Below, piece by piece: positions 17,352 through 26,905 of a DNA stretch of 64,000 nucleotides. The DNA is from Deltaproteobacteria bacterium (GTDB lineage: Bacteria > Myxococcota_A > Polyangia > Fen-1088). The notes beneath the pieces were generated by a model. That model worked only from the letters and a program-made list of their open reading frames with translations. It made no database searches and was not told where the DNA came from. The number at the start of each line of letters is the position of its first letter. Within the stretch, counting starts at the first letter, position 1. A program made the translations under genes and the position numbers. The stretch spans positions 96,001-160,000 of the forward strand of contig JANRKS010000032.1 of NCBI GenBank assembly GCA_033763315.1, written 5' to 3'.

Positions 17352-19040
17352 TTACCCGGCAACAATTTCCACATCATCGAACCAAACGCCATAGACCGCG
17401 GCGGTTGGAACCGAGAGCTTAATCGTGGCGCTGGTAGAGTTGGCACCCGTGATGAACGTACGGCTCACCTGGGTCCAGCTGCCTCTCGTTGAGGTTGACG
17501 ACGAGACGGTCGAACCGCCGTAGCCGCTGACCTCGATGGCACCCGAGCCACCGCTTGGAGAGTTGACGTAGACCCAGACCCGAGCCCGATAGACGCTGTT
17601 GGGTTTGAGGCCCGATACGGTTTGGGTCAACGACTGGCCTGCGTTCAAGTCATGGCCAAAATCGCCCGACTTGGCCGCGTAGGCGCTGGGGACCTGACTC
17701 GTGATGCCGGCTGTGGTCCAACCGCTAAACGTGCCGGTCTCGAAGCCTGCGTTCGCAACGGCCACGCCGCCTGAATCACGCTCAAGCTTCACGTCGTCGA
17801 ACCAAACCCATAGGCCGCCTGGCATCGAGGGGGCCGTGAACTTTACGGTCACGGAGTTGGCACCTGCACCCGTGGTGAACGTTTGCGACACCTTCACCCA
17901 GCTGCGCCGCGTGCTTGTGGAGGCGTTCAACGCTGCGCCGCCAAAGCCGCTCACTTCGATTTTGAAGGAACCGCTGCCGGTGTTGTGGTAGTCGTCCACA
18001 AAGGCCCATGCCGACGCGGTGTAGCTGGTGCCCGGCGACAAGCCCGTGATTGTTTGTGCAAAAGAATCCGAGGTTGACGTTAATACAGCACCATTGGCGC
18101 CAGAGTTCGCCGACCAGTTGGTGGTGGAAGCGTTGCCCGTGCGGGTCCAGCTGTTGACGCCGCTCTCAAAACCAGCGTTGATGAAGTTTGGCGCGGGCGT
18201 CACATAGGTTGAAAGCACGCGCGTGAACTTGGCACCGGTGGGGCCGCAGCCCACCACATCGAAATGGCTGGGGTTCGTGGGGTTGGCCTTGATGTCGGCG
18301 CACTCGGTCATGTCACCCACGCCCACGCGACCGCGGTAATTCGTGTAGGGCGCGCCGTTTTGTCCTGAGCCAATGCGGCCAGCGATGGAAGCCGAAAGCC
18401 CTTGCTCGTAAACGAAATTCGCCACGGGTGGGTTGGCCGTCATGATGTTGCCGAAGAACGCACCTTCGCGCTGCGTTTGTGGCTGGCCCACTTCCCACGC
18501 CTCGCCCAGCCCGATTTGCGGTTGCAGTGCAGGATCAGCCACCAACCAAATGGGCACTTGCACACCCGTGGTGTTCACGTGTGCCATCATGCAGGCCGAA
18601 ACCCATTCTTGGCAGTTGGTGTCGCAAGCGCCGTTCTTCCAGCCGGTGCCCAATCCAAGCGCGCCATGGAAGCGGTAGGACACGCCGTTTTGATCTTGCT
18701 TGTCCAGGTAGTCACCTGCCGCCAAGGCGCATTTGACCAAGTACTGCACGGTCATGCGACCGCCGTTGGAGGTCATGAGACCGTTAGAAGTCATCAGACC
18801 ATTCGACGTCATCAAGCCATTGATGGTCGAAAGACCATTGGAGGTCATCAAGCCATTGGAGGCCATCAGACCGTTGATGGTGGACAGACCGTTAATGGTG
18901 GACAGGCCGTTTTGGCCCAGGATGGTCTGCGATGACGATGGATCACCATCAAGCAGCATGTGACCATCACCTGCGGCGCCACATCCCGCCGACATCCCCG
19001 CAGCCAACAGCCCTAGCGCTCCCCATTGCTTCCAACTCAT
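17352..19040 (-). CDS. Lipoprotein with NGLxxx hexapeptide repeats, a Cys-rich domain and two CBM4/9-like domains
   Basis: Lipobox SAGC; AGGAG Shine-Dalgarno; YLVKCAL, CDTNCQEWVSACMMAHVN; two NAGFE...GL.P...Y...W..VS.TF.TG...WFDDV modules. Confidence 0.8.
   Translation of the reverse strand: MSWKQWGALGLLAAGMSAGCGAAGDGHMLLDGDPSSSQTILGQNGLSTINGLSTINGLMASNGLMTSNGLSTINGLMTSNGLMTSNGLMTSNGGRMTVQYLVKCALAAGDYLDKQDQNGVSYRFHGALGLGTGWKNGACDTNCQEWVSACMMAHVNTTGVQVPIWLVADPALQPQIGLGEAWEVGQPQTQREGAFFGNIMTANPPVANFVYEQGLSASIAGRIGSGQNGAPYTNYRGRVGVGDMTECADIKANPTNPSHFDVVGCGPTGAKFTRVLSTYVTPAPNFINAGFESGVNSWTRTGNASTTNWSANSGANGAVLTSTSDSFAQTITGLSPGTSYTASAWAFVDDYHNTGSGSFKIEVSGFGGAALNASTSTRRSWVKVSQTFTTGAGANSVTVKFTAPSMPGGLWVWFDDVKLERDSGGVAVANAGFETGTFSGWTTAGITSQVPSAYAAKSGDFGHDLNAGQSLTQTVSGLKPNSVYRARVWVYVNSPSGGSGAIEVSGYGGSTVSSSTSTRGSWTQVSRTFITGANSTSATIKLSVPTAAVYGVWFDDVEIVAG
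18768..18911 (-). repeat. Eight tandem 18-bp / 6-aa repeats (NGLSTI, NGLMTS, NGLMAS)
   Basis: Read directly from the translation and the degenerate DNA repeat. Confidence 0.95.
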
Positions 19041-19160
19041 GAACGTTCTCCTTCGGCAGCCCGGCCAACTTCGCAGGGCGAAGTCCCGGTGGCTTTGCGA
19101 CACGCGGTCACCCGCGCTGTGCCTTTTCGTGGAAGCCCTATTGCTTCCGCGGGGAATTAC

Positions 19161-19176
19161 TGCAGCTGTTGTGCCA
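19161..19176 (-). promoter_or_regulatory. Putative sigma-54 (-24/-12) promoter
   Basis: Minus strand TGGCACAACAGCTGCA = GG-N10-GC, about 120 bp upstream of the 19040 start. Confidence 0.6.
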
Positions 19177-19357
19177 CAGACAATATGTGATCTATATTAC
19201 TAATTATGGCAATTAGGGAGCGGTGGGAGCTGTAGGCCTGTTGTGTTGCACGCAACGCCCTGTTGTGTCGAGCGCGACAGGGAACCGAAGGGCGATCCCG
19301 ACGTTGCGCGGCCGATGCGGGACCCCGCGGCGCAGCAGATCTAGCTGCCGGGGGCGC

Positions 19358-20728
19358 TTAGCTTAGACGACGCGCTTCTAGCTCGACGTGAATGACGGCC
19401 AACTGCGTGGCGCTCAAAGAATACAGCCGCACCATGATGGCGGCGCACAGCGCGAGGGCGGCCGGTATCAATGTGGCCAACACCAAGATGCCGGACATCG
19501 CGCGCGGTGTTTGCGCCGTGTTGGCGACGTATCCAAACGCCGATAACAGCCAACCCGTCAGCGCCTGGGCAACGCCTGCGCCGGCTTTGATCGAGAAGGT
19601 GGCGGCGGCGAAAACCAACGCTGTGGCTCGCCGCCCTGTCTTCCATTCCGAAAAGTCGGCGCTGTCTGCAAACATGGACCATGACAATGGCGACTTGGGA
19701 CCAACGACAAAAGACGTGAGCGTGTTGAGGACGAACAGCAGCGCGATGGATTGCGGTGGCACGAAGTACATGGCAGCCGACAAGGCCGCCACCAAAGCCA
19801 TCAATCCGCAGAACAAATCCTTCTTCGTAAAAAAGCGGGTCAACAGCGGGGTACACATCGCGCCGGCCAAATAGGCCAGGCTTGAGGCCGTGTTGAACCA
19901 GCTCACCAGATCTTCGCGCTTGCAGTAGTACTTAAGGTAGTACACGCCCACGCCATTGCGGATGGCCACAGCCAAAATGACCACCAACCCCAGTCCCAAC
20001 AAGGTAAGCCACGGCCCGTTCGACACGAGATCACCTAGATCCTGTCGCATGGAGCTGCGTTGGTGCGGCGGCGGCTGTACCCGCTCGCGCGTGGACGCGA
20101 ACGCGATGAAAAGCATTGCGACCGCAATTGCACCGTAGAGCACCATGAGCCTCTGCCAGCCAACCCGGAGGTCGCCGTTGGCCAATCGGTTCACGAGCGG
20201 CAGCGTCACCCATGTGACAACGGTTCCCGCGGCGTTCGAGCCAACAATCATGAAGGTCGCCAGCACCGTGCGCTTCTGCGGATCCGGCGTGATGACGCCC
20301 AGCAGGGCTCCATAGGGAATGTTAGCCGCCGTATATGCCAGCATCGTCATTGTGTAAGTGACATAGGCCCACACCAACTTGTCCGCTTGATCGAGGTGAG
20401 GCGTGGTGAAAGTCAAGACCGCAGACGCGACCAGCGGCAGCGCAAACCACAACAAATAAGGTCTGAACTTGCCCCAACGTGTGTTTGTGCGATCCGCCAG
20501 CATCCCCATCACGGGATCTAAGGCAGCGTCAAGCACCCGCGTGATCAGAAACATGGTGCCCGCTTGCGCGGGGGAGATGCCGAACGAATCCGTATAGAAC
20601 ACCAGAAGGTAGAACTCGAACACCTTCCAGTAAAATGAGAAACCGAAGTCGCCAGCCGCAAATCCGAAGAATTCAGGCCAACGCAAAGGCTTGTTTGAAC
20701 AGAACGCGCGCGAACCTCGTGACGTCAT
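19358..20728 (-). CDS. GPH family (MelB/XynT-like) MFS sugar:cation symporter
   Basis: FYTD.FGI, DPVMGMLADRTNTRWGKFRPYLL, NIPYGAL, WSMFAD..D..EWKTGRR; about 12 TM segments. Confidence 0.93.
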   Translation of the reverse strand: MTSRGSRAFCSNKPLRWPEFFGFAAGDFGFSFYWKVFEFYLLVFYTDSFGISPAQAGTMFLITRVLDAALDPVMGMLADRTNTRWGKFRPYLLWFALPLVASAVLTFTTPHLDQADKLVWAYVTYTMTMLAYTAANIPYGALLGVITPDPQKRTVLATFMIVGSNAAGTVVTWVTLPLVNRLANGDLRVGWQRLMVLYGAIAVAMLFIAFASTRERVQPPPHQRSSMRQDLGDLVSNGPWLTLLGLGLVVILAVAIRNGVGVYYLKYYCKREDLVSWFNTASSLAYLAGAMCTPLLTRFFTKKDLFCGLMALVAALSAAMYFVPPQSIALLFVLNTLTSFVVGPKSPLSWSMFADSADFSEWKTGRRATALVFAAATFSIKAGAGVAQALTGWLLSAFGYVANTAQTPRAMSGILVLATLIPAALALCAAIMVRLYSLSATQLAVIHVELEARRLS

Positions 20729-20785
20729 GAAGGGCTAACTTGGCACCCAAGCTTGTCCTGCACGCTTAATCGACGTTAAGGCCGC

Positions 20786-22090
20786 TTAGCAATCGAGCGT
20801 GACCTGTCGCTCCCACACTGAAATGTGAGCGTTGTGCTCGTTCCACTCTTGTTCTTTAAGCTTGATGAAGGCATCCACGAACTCCGACCCCAGTTTTTTT
20901 GTCAGGCGCGGATTGGCCCTAAGAGCGCGCAACGCATCCAAAAGGTTGGCCGGCAACCGGCGAGCCACCGTGGGCGGCAGGGGGTCGGTGTACATGTTGT
21001 TGTCGCGCCGAGGCCCAGGGCTGAGCTCCTGCTCAACGCCATCAATGCCGGCAGCGATGATCCCTGCTTGCAACAGATACGGATTCGCCGCGCCGTCAGC
21101 CAGCCGCAGCTCAAATCTATCGTTGTCGGGAATGCGGACCATGTGCGTGCGGTTGTTGCCCGCGTAGCTGATAACATTCGGTGCCCACGTGGCGCCCGAG
21201 CTTGTGACAGGCGCGTTGATGCGCTTGTACGAGTTCACCGTCGAGTTGGTCAACGCGCAAAGCGCCTCAGCGTTTGCCAATACGCCGCCCAAGAATTGAT
21301 AAGCAAGCCCTGATAGGCCCAGCTCTCCTCGTGGATCGTGAAACAGATTGCGATCCGCGTCCACATCCCATGCCGACACATGGACATGGCACCCATTACC
21401 CGCAGCTTTGGCGAATGGCTTGGGCATAAACGTCGCCCGCAAACCTTGCTGTTCGGCCAACGTCTTGACCATGTATTTGAAAAAGGCATGTCGATCAGCG
21501 GTGACCAGAGCGTCGCTGTAGGTCCAGTTCATCTCGAATTGACCGTTGCCGTCTTCGTGATCACTTTGATACGGATCCCATCCCAGCTTCTGCATGGCAT
21601 CGCTCACCTGGGTGACAAGGTCGAACCTGCGCATCAGGGATTGCTGATCGTAGCAAGGCTTTCGTTGTCGATCGCTTGCATCGCAAGGTTCATTGCCATC
21701 GGCCGATAGCACGAAGAATTCACACTCCACGCCCGTGCGTATGGCGAGGCCCAGCTCCTTGGCCCGCGTGAGTTGACGCTTAAGTACGACGCGCGGGGTC
21801 TGTTCAACCGCGTGGCCATTCATGGTGAGATCCGCGGCGAGCCAAGCCACCTCTGGCTTCCACGGCAACTGAATCAGACTCTGTGAGTCCCCAACCGCAA
21901 ACATGTCGGCATCGGCAGGTGTCATGTCCAGCCACGTGGCGAACCCCGCGAACCCGGCCGCGCCTGAAGCCATTTTGTTGATGTGCGATGCTGGCACCAA
22001 TTTGGCCCGCTGCACGCCTAGAAGATCTGTGAACGACAGCATGAAATAGCGAATGCCGCGGTCCTGGGCGATGTCGAAAAGCGTTGTCAC
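20786..22090 (-). CDS. glnT: Type III glutamine synthetase GlnT / gamma-glutamylmethylamide synthetase-like ligase
   Basis: FTDLLGVQRAKLVPA, GFAGFATWLDMTP, LIQLPWKPEVAW, KPCYDQQSLMRR, DHEDGNGQFEMNW, FMPKPF, SGATWAP, NNRTHMVRIP. Confidence 0.9.
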   Translation of the reverse strand: MTTLFDIAQDRGIRYFMLSFTDLLGVQRAKLVPASHINKMASGAAGFAGFATWLDMTPADADMFAVGDSQSLIQLPWKPEVAWLAADLTMNGHAVEQTPRVVLKRQLTRAKELGLAIRTGVECEFFVLSADGNEPCDASDRQRKPCYDQQSLMRRFDLVTQVSDAMQKLGWDPYQSDHEDGNGQFEMNWTYSDALVTADRHAFFKYMVKTLAEQQGLRATFMPKPFAKAAGNGCHVHVSAWDVDADRNLFHDPRGELGLSGLAYQFLGGVLANAEALCALTNSTVNSYKRINAPVTSSGATWAPNVISYAGNNRTHMVRIPDNDRFELRLADGAANPYLLQAGIIAAGIDGVEQELSPGPRRDNNMYTDPLPPTVARRLPANLLDALRALRANPRLTKKLGSEFVDAFIKLKEQEWNEHNAHISVWERQVTLDC

Positions 22091-23106
22091 GTGCGCGCTC
22101 CTTTGGCTGGACGCTCAAGCAGGTTGTGAACGGCCTCGCGAAGGAAGGCTTCGTCGGCTGGGTTTTGAAAAGGATTCCCTGCGCGGTGACCCCAAATGGA
22201 GGGAATGGGCAGGTATGTTGAGCCGCGAATCATGTCAGCTTCGGCGCGGCAGTCCTCGGGCGTAAAGTAAAGGTCGGTGGCGCTGGGCATGATCAGGGCG
22301 CGTGCGGTAATGGCTTTCAAGGCTTGCCTGAGATCGCCGTTAAACTCGGGGTACTCGGCGACATCGCAACACATCCACGTGCGGAGCATGCAAAGCAGGT
22401 TCATGGGATCGCGCCGCAGGTATTGTTCCTCCCACGCACGCTTCACGTAATCATCGAGACTCACGTAACCGAGGCTTTCGTATAGCCGTTCGCGATAGAA
22501 AGCTTGTGACGCCGCCCAGCTTGCGTAGATGAAAGCAAAGGTGCGGATGCCGTGCCTGGGAACGTCGTTGAACCGCGTGCCATCCCATGCCGGGTCGGAT
22601 TGCAATGCCGCCTCCAAGCTGCGAAGAAACAGCGTGTTGTGTGGGGTGGTTTGGGCGGTGCCGCAAATGGCCGCGAAGCGTTCCACCATGTGTGGCCGTT
22701 TGACGGCCCAGTAGTAGGCTTGTTGGGCGCCCATCGACCACCCGTACACCAGTTTCAATGATTGCACGCCGAGCCCCTGCGTAAGCAGCGTTTCTTGTGC
22801 CCGCAAGTTGTCGTCGTGGGTAAACGTGATACCCGGATCTAAGCCGTGGCTTGGTGAACTTGAAAGGCCGTTGCCAAACATGTTGGCGATGACAACGAAC
22901 CACTTTTCGGAGTCTAAGATCCCGCCGGGCCTCACAAGCCAGTCGATGTCGCTGTGGTGCGCGCCATACGACGTGGGGTACAAAATCACGTTCGAGCGGT
23001 CTTCGGCCAGTTTGCCGTACGTCTTGTATACGAGTTTGGCGTTGGCCAGGCGCCCACCGCGTGTCAAACGAAACCGACCGAGCTCCAGCACATGACCCTC
23101 ACTCAC
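22087..23106 (-). CDS. MetX-like alpha/beta hydrolase/acyltransferase
   Basis: YKTYG.L, NMFGNGLSSSPS, nucleophile elbow GWSMG, DLYF, IWGH; GTGA overlaps with both neighbours. Confidence 0.85.
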   Translation of the reverse strand: MSEGHVLELGRFRLTRGGRLANAKLVYKTYGKLAEDRSNVILYPTSYGAHHSDIDWLVRPGGILDSEKWFVVIANMFGNGLSSSPSHGLDPGITFTHDDNLRAQETLLTQGLGVQSLKLVYGWSMGAQQAYYWAVKRPHMVERFAAICGTAQTTPHNTLFLRSLEAALQSDPAWDGTRFNDVPRHGIRTFAFIYASWAASQAFYRERLYESLGYVSLDDYVKRAWEEQYLRRDPMNLLCMLRTWMCCDVAEYPEFNGDLRQALKAITARALIMPSATDLYFTPEDCRAEADMIRGSTYLPIPSIWGHRAGNPFQNPADEAFLREAVHNLLERPAKGART

Positions 23107-24095
23107 GCGGAACGCCTCCCAGACCAGTGGCGGAAGAAGCCTAGGTGCAGCGCGAGATAGCCATTCTTTCCGACGTGTGCCAGCTGCGGCTCCAGTTTTT
23201 GGTTGGCTTGTGCCAAGCGATGAAACGGTAGCGCTGGATAGCGATGATGCTCGGCGTGATACGGCATGTTCCACATCAAAAACCGCACGAGCCAATTGGT
23301 GTGTGTGGTGCGTGTATTGGTCAAAGCGTTGTCGTCGTTTGTGCACAAGGTGTGCTCGGCCAACACCAAGCCACGCAAAAGCGGCTGTGCCAATGCCACG
23401 GGCAGCAGCCAATAGAACAAGAACCACGGCTGCCATGCGGCCAGCGACACGGCGATGGCGGTGGCGTACAGAAAACATTGCGCACGCACGGAACGCATCA
23501 CCTGGCGCTGCGTCTTTGCATTCAAATACGGGTAGTCTTGGGCGCGCCCCGAACAAATTTTTGCGTAGGTGCGAATTTTGCCAACCCACCAGTGAAATCC
23601 ACTCATCTCGATGACGTAACTCGGTAGATTCGTCGGCTTTGGATCGTCAAGCTCGGGATCTTTGCCAGGGATCTGCGTGAATCTGTGGTGCCATCCATGG
23701 TAGTGCCGGTAGAACGTGCCGTTGTAAAACGACATCAGACCAGCGAACCATGCCACGCAATTGTTGAGCCATGCAGATTTGAAAGCGGTGCGATGGACGG
23801 TCTCGTGCATCATCGCGAACATGGTGACCAACGTGAAGCCGTAGAACACCATCGCGAGGCTGATCCAAAGCGCGTTTTGCTGGGTGTTGACGGCGGCGTA
23901 AACGAGCCACGCACTTACCCCCGCGAACACCAAGTGTCCTGCCAAATGAAGCAGGCCCTTGGCGTCTGAGCGCTGTTGCATGGCCTTAAGTTCGTCGGCC
24001 GGTAACGCTTGCTTCGAAGCAGGTACGGATTGTCGCCGGTCATCGTCGTGCGCTTGCGCTGTTACGCATAGGTCTCTTTGCACTTGCTTTGTCAC
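23103..24095 (-). CDS. Membrane fatty-acid-desaturase-superfamily di-iron enzyme (MocD/RtxC-like); start uncertain
   Basis: His boxes HETVH, HGWHH, HAEHH plus AEH; TM segments; WNMPYH. Confidence 0.85.
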   Translation of the reverse strand: MTKQVQRDLCVTAQAHDDDRRQSVPASKQALPADELKAMQQRSDAKGLLHLAGHLVFAGVSAWLVYAAVNTQQNALWISLAMVFYGFTLVTMFAMMHETVHRTAFKSAWLNNCVAWFAGLMSFYNGTFYRHYHGWHHRFTQIPGKDPELDDPKPTNLPSYVIEMSGFHWWVGKIRTYAKICSGRAQDYPYLNAKTQRQVMRSVRAQCFLYATAIAVSLAAWQPWFLFYWLLPVALAQPLLRGLVLAEHTLCTNDDNALTNTRTTHTNWLVRFLMWNMPYHAEHHRYPALPFHRLAQANQKLEPQLAHVGKNGYLALHLGFFRHWSGRRSA

Positions 24096-24309
24096 CACAT
24101 GGTCATTGTGCGTGCATGCGCAGAAGCTTTGAACAACGGTCGTTAATCGGTGGCTCGTGAAAAGCAGGGGATGAGGCGCCGGTGGCAACTTTTAACCCGC
24201 GTTTCTTCGCGGCTTAGCTTTGCTCTTACAGCCAAGAAACGCGGCCGCAATGGTGGCGGCTTAATGAACGGCAATGGCAAGCAGGCAGGGGTGAACGCAC
24301 AGTCGTCCG

Positions 24310-25798
24310 ATGATGGCTCAACGTTTGTGGGTGGTGCTGCTCGTATTGGTCGCCTGTGCCGGGGCGTCCGAACCACGAGAATACGAAGAGTCAGGTGGCA
24401 GTGGTGGCAACGTTGATGACGAACCCTCAGACAATGGTGGCGGTGGCGGGGCAGAGAAGCCGGCGTCACCGGACAAGAACGATGCTCGCGACGCCGTGGT
24501 TGCCAGCGACGGCGCTCAGGACGCATCAACATCGACAGATAGGGATGGCAGCCGCGTGGCTGAAGATTTCGATTGGCACGGGATCATCGGCACAGGCCAA
24601 AGCTTGTCTGTGGGGGCCGAAGGCGCTCCGCCAATTCTGACGTCACAGCCCTATGCCAACTTGAAGTTGGCGCTCGATCCGTCAGTTCAAGGCCCTCCGT
24701 TCGATGCCACCAATCCCATGCTTTCGGTGGTGTCTCTGGTGGAGCCGATTCGCCCGTTAGCAAGGGCCTATCCAGGCTTTTATCCCCACAACATCTACGG
24801 CGAGTCGCCGCACACAGCGATGGCAAATCAAATGTCTGCGATGGCTGCAGCGGCAGGCAAGGGTGATTTCGTCAGCGTTCACACGGTGGTAGGTGAAGCG
24901 GGACAAGGAATCAAAGCGTTGAGCAAGGACGCCGTCTTCAAAGATCGAGTGGGTGCCGCTTATGCTGCCAGCTTGTTTGAGGTGAAGGCGTTCACGCGTC
25001 TCGCGAACGCCAAGGGTAAACGTTATGGCGTCACGGCGATCGTCTTGACCCACGGCGAAACGGATTGGACGAATCCAACCTACGAACAAGCTTTACTGAA
25101 GCTATGGCGCGACTATAACGCAGATCTCCCGGCGATTACGGGCCAGACAGCCAAGATCCCTGTGGTCCTCACGCAGCAGCAAGGCCTACCTACGAATTTG
25201 AGCACACGCCCCTTGTCGACGCTGGTGATGTGGCGGTTGTGTCAGCAGCATCCCGGTGATTTCATCTGCGTGGGCCCCAAGTACCAATACTCATACGCGT
25301 CTGATCGCCTTCATTTGACGAACGCTCAGTACGACCGGCTGGGGGAAAAGTATGGACAGGTGATCTTCAAGGTGGCGGCGTTGCATGAGTCCTGGAAGCC
25401 GTTGCAGCCCGAAACGGTGACCCAGCAAGACAACATGATTCGCGCGAACTTCTTTGTGCCCGTGCCGCCCTTGGCGTGGGACACCGATATCTCGCCGCCT
25501 CATCAAACGGTGCTGGTGGAGTGGAGGAATGGTCGCGGCTTCGAGGTGGAAGACGGCCAAGGCCGCGTGCAAATCGTCAGCGCTACGTTTGGGGGCCACG
25601 TTCGTTGACCTTGTGTTGGGGCGTAAGCCCGTGGGCAAGACGACGCTTCGGTACGCGCAAAGCGCTGACGGCATCAAACCATCAAGTCCAAACTCAGATT
25701 GCCGCGGCCAACTCCGAGACTCTGATCCCTTCGTGGGCAGAACCGCTGGCAAAAGGCATCAGAACTACGCCATCGGCTTCGAGATGACCCTGCCTTGA
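24310..25798 (+). pseudogene. SGNH/SASA-like carbohydrate esterase lipoprotein, split by an apparent +1 frameshift near 25590 (may be an assembly error)
   Basis: Lipobox LVAC, GTGQSL, THGETD, DRLH; the frame stops at 25608 while a protein-like C-terminus (RGQLRDSDPFVG...NYAIGFEMTLP) continues in the next frame past a TTTGGGGG run. Confidence 0.7.
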
Positions 25799-25827
25799 TG
25801 TTTGTCTTCGCCATCTGCCGCGGCGCT

Positions 25828-26811
25828 CTAGTCGCAGCCGATGCGCTTTGAGTCGACGGCGATGTCATCCATATAGAACGTGAAGTCTTTGTCGACTGTG
25901 GCCGCGGCAATCTGGAAGCCGAACGCAGCCGTTAGTACCCTTTCATACTTTTGCCAACAAGCGTCGCCTGCAACCGCCCCCCGCATCCCCATGGATTTCC
26001 CATCGATCCATGCATCGAACCCAGTGGCGTCGGCGCGGATCTCAACGCAGGTCCATTTCTGTGCGGGCAACGTGGCCCCATCGGCGGCGCAGTCCTTCTT
26101 GGTTGATTCTTTGATGTAAAGCATGCGCCCGCCGTTTGCGCCAACGATGCCCGCGGACGCCGTGGCTCCCACCAAGGCGGCGTCCTTGACCTGACCGAAC
26201 AAGCGCGCCAAGCGATAATGCGGTTGTTCGCCAGAACGGCTTACCGCAGGCAATTCGGGAAAGTACATCCAGGCACGCGCGTAAACAGTCTTACCACCGC
26301 CGGTTTTCGTATCGACGGCGGCCACCTTGAGCATGCGCGTTTCTGCGCCTTTCGAGGCCACCTTCACGGCGTTTGCGCCCGTGTGCTTTTGCTCGGAGGT
26401 CACGAGGTAATCAGCCGCCGTGCCGCCTTCGATGCTGAACGCACTGCCGGCAAGTGGCCCCGCCCCAAGGCCTTCAAAGCCGTTGCAGAACGCAAGACCG
26501 CCGCAGTCCATCGGCGTTGGCGTCCCGCCTGTGCCGGCACCACCCATACCTTGGCCGCCGCTGCCTCCTGCGGCTTGCCCCGCGCTGCCTCCTGCGGCTT
26601 GCCCGGCGCCGCCCCCTTGCGCTGTGCCACCCGTGTTGGCCGGTGCACCACCACTGGCTTTGCCCCCCGTGGCATCATCGCCTCCCGCTCCTCCCGCCAT
26701 CTCCTGGCCTGCTTGCCCTCCTGCGTTTGTGTCATCGTCTTGCTGCGCTGTGGAACACGAAACGCCCAACGCCAAAAGCACTGCAAATAAAGCGGATACG
26801 CGAAACATCAT
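25828..26811 (-). CDS. Lipoprotein with Gly-rich linker and Cip1-like beta-jelly-roll domain
   Basis: GGGAG Shine-Dalgarno, lipobox GVSC, GGxGG linker, FCNGFE, YARAWMY, WTCVE, YMDDIAV..RIGC. Confidence 0.7.
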   Translation of the reverse strand: MMFRVSALFAVLLALGVSCSTAQQDDDTNAGGQAGQEMAGGAGGDDATGGKASGGAPANTGGTAQGGGAGQAAGGSAGQAAGGSGGQGMGGAGTGGTPTPMDCGGLAFCNGFEGLGAGPLAGSAFSIEGGTAADYLVTSEQKHTGANAVKVASKGAETRMLKVAAVDTKTGGGKTVYARAWMYFPELPAVSRSGEQPHYRLARLFGQVKDAALVGATASAGIVGANGGRMLYIKESTKKDCAADGATLPAQKWTCVEIRADATGFDAWIDGKSMGMRGAVAGDACWQKYERVLTAAFGFQIAAATVDKDFTFYMDDIAVDSKRIGCD

Positions 26812-26905
26812 GCGCTCGATCTCCCGTTGTTTGCGGTGGCGCCGCAACCGTGACGCCCAGCTTAATAGTAGGATCGACGTTCGCGTGGCCTGCCATTGCT
26901 CTGAG

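Noticed and set aside
18768-18911. Periodic DNA as a possible CRISPR array
   Set aside because: In-frame 18-bp coding repeats without spacers; no cas genes in the window
24026-24070. Possible missing base near the desaturase 5' end (an out-of-frame ATG at 24043 would give MTGDNPVPASK) and a 9-codon upstream ORF
   Set aside because: In-frame GTG starts exist upstream, so no frameshift is required; cannot be resolved without reads or homologs
26560-26604. 21-bp direct repeat with a 24-bp period
   Set aside because: Simple duplication within a Gly-rich linker (GQAAGGS)
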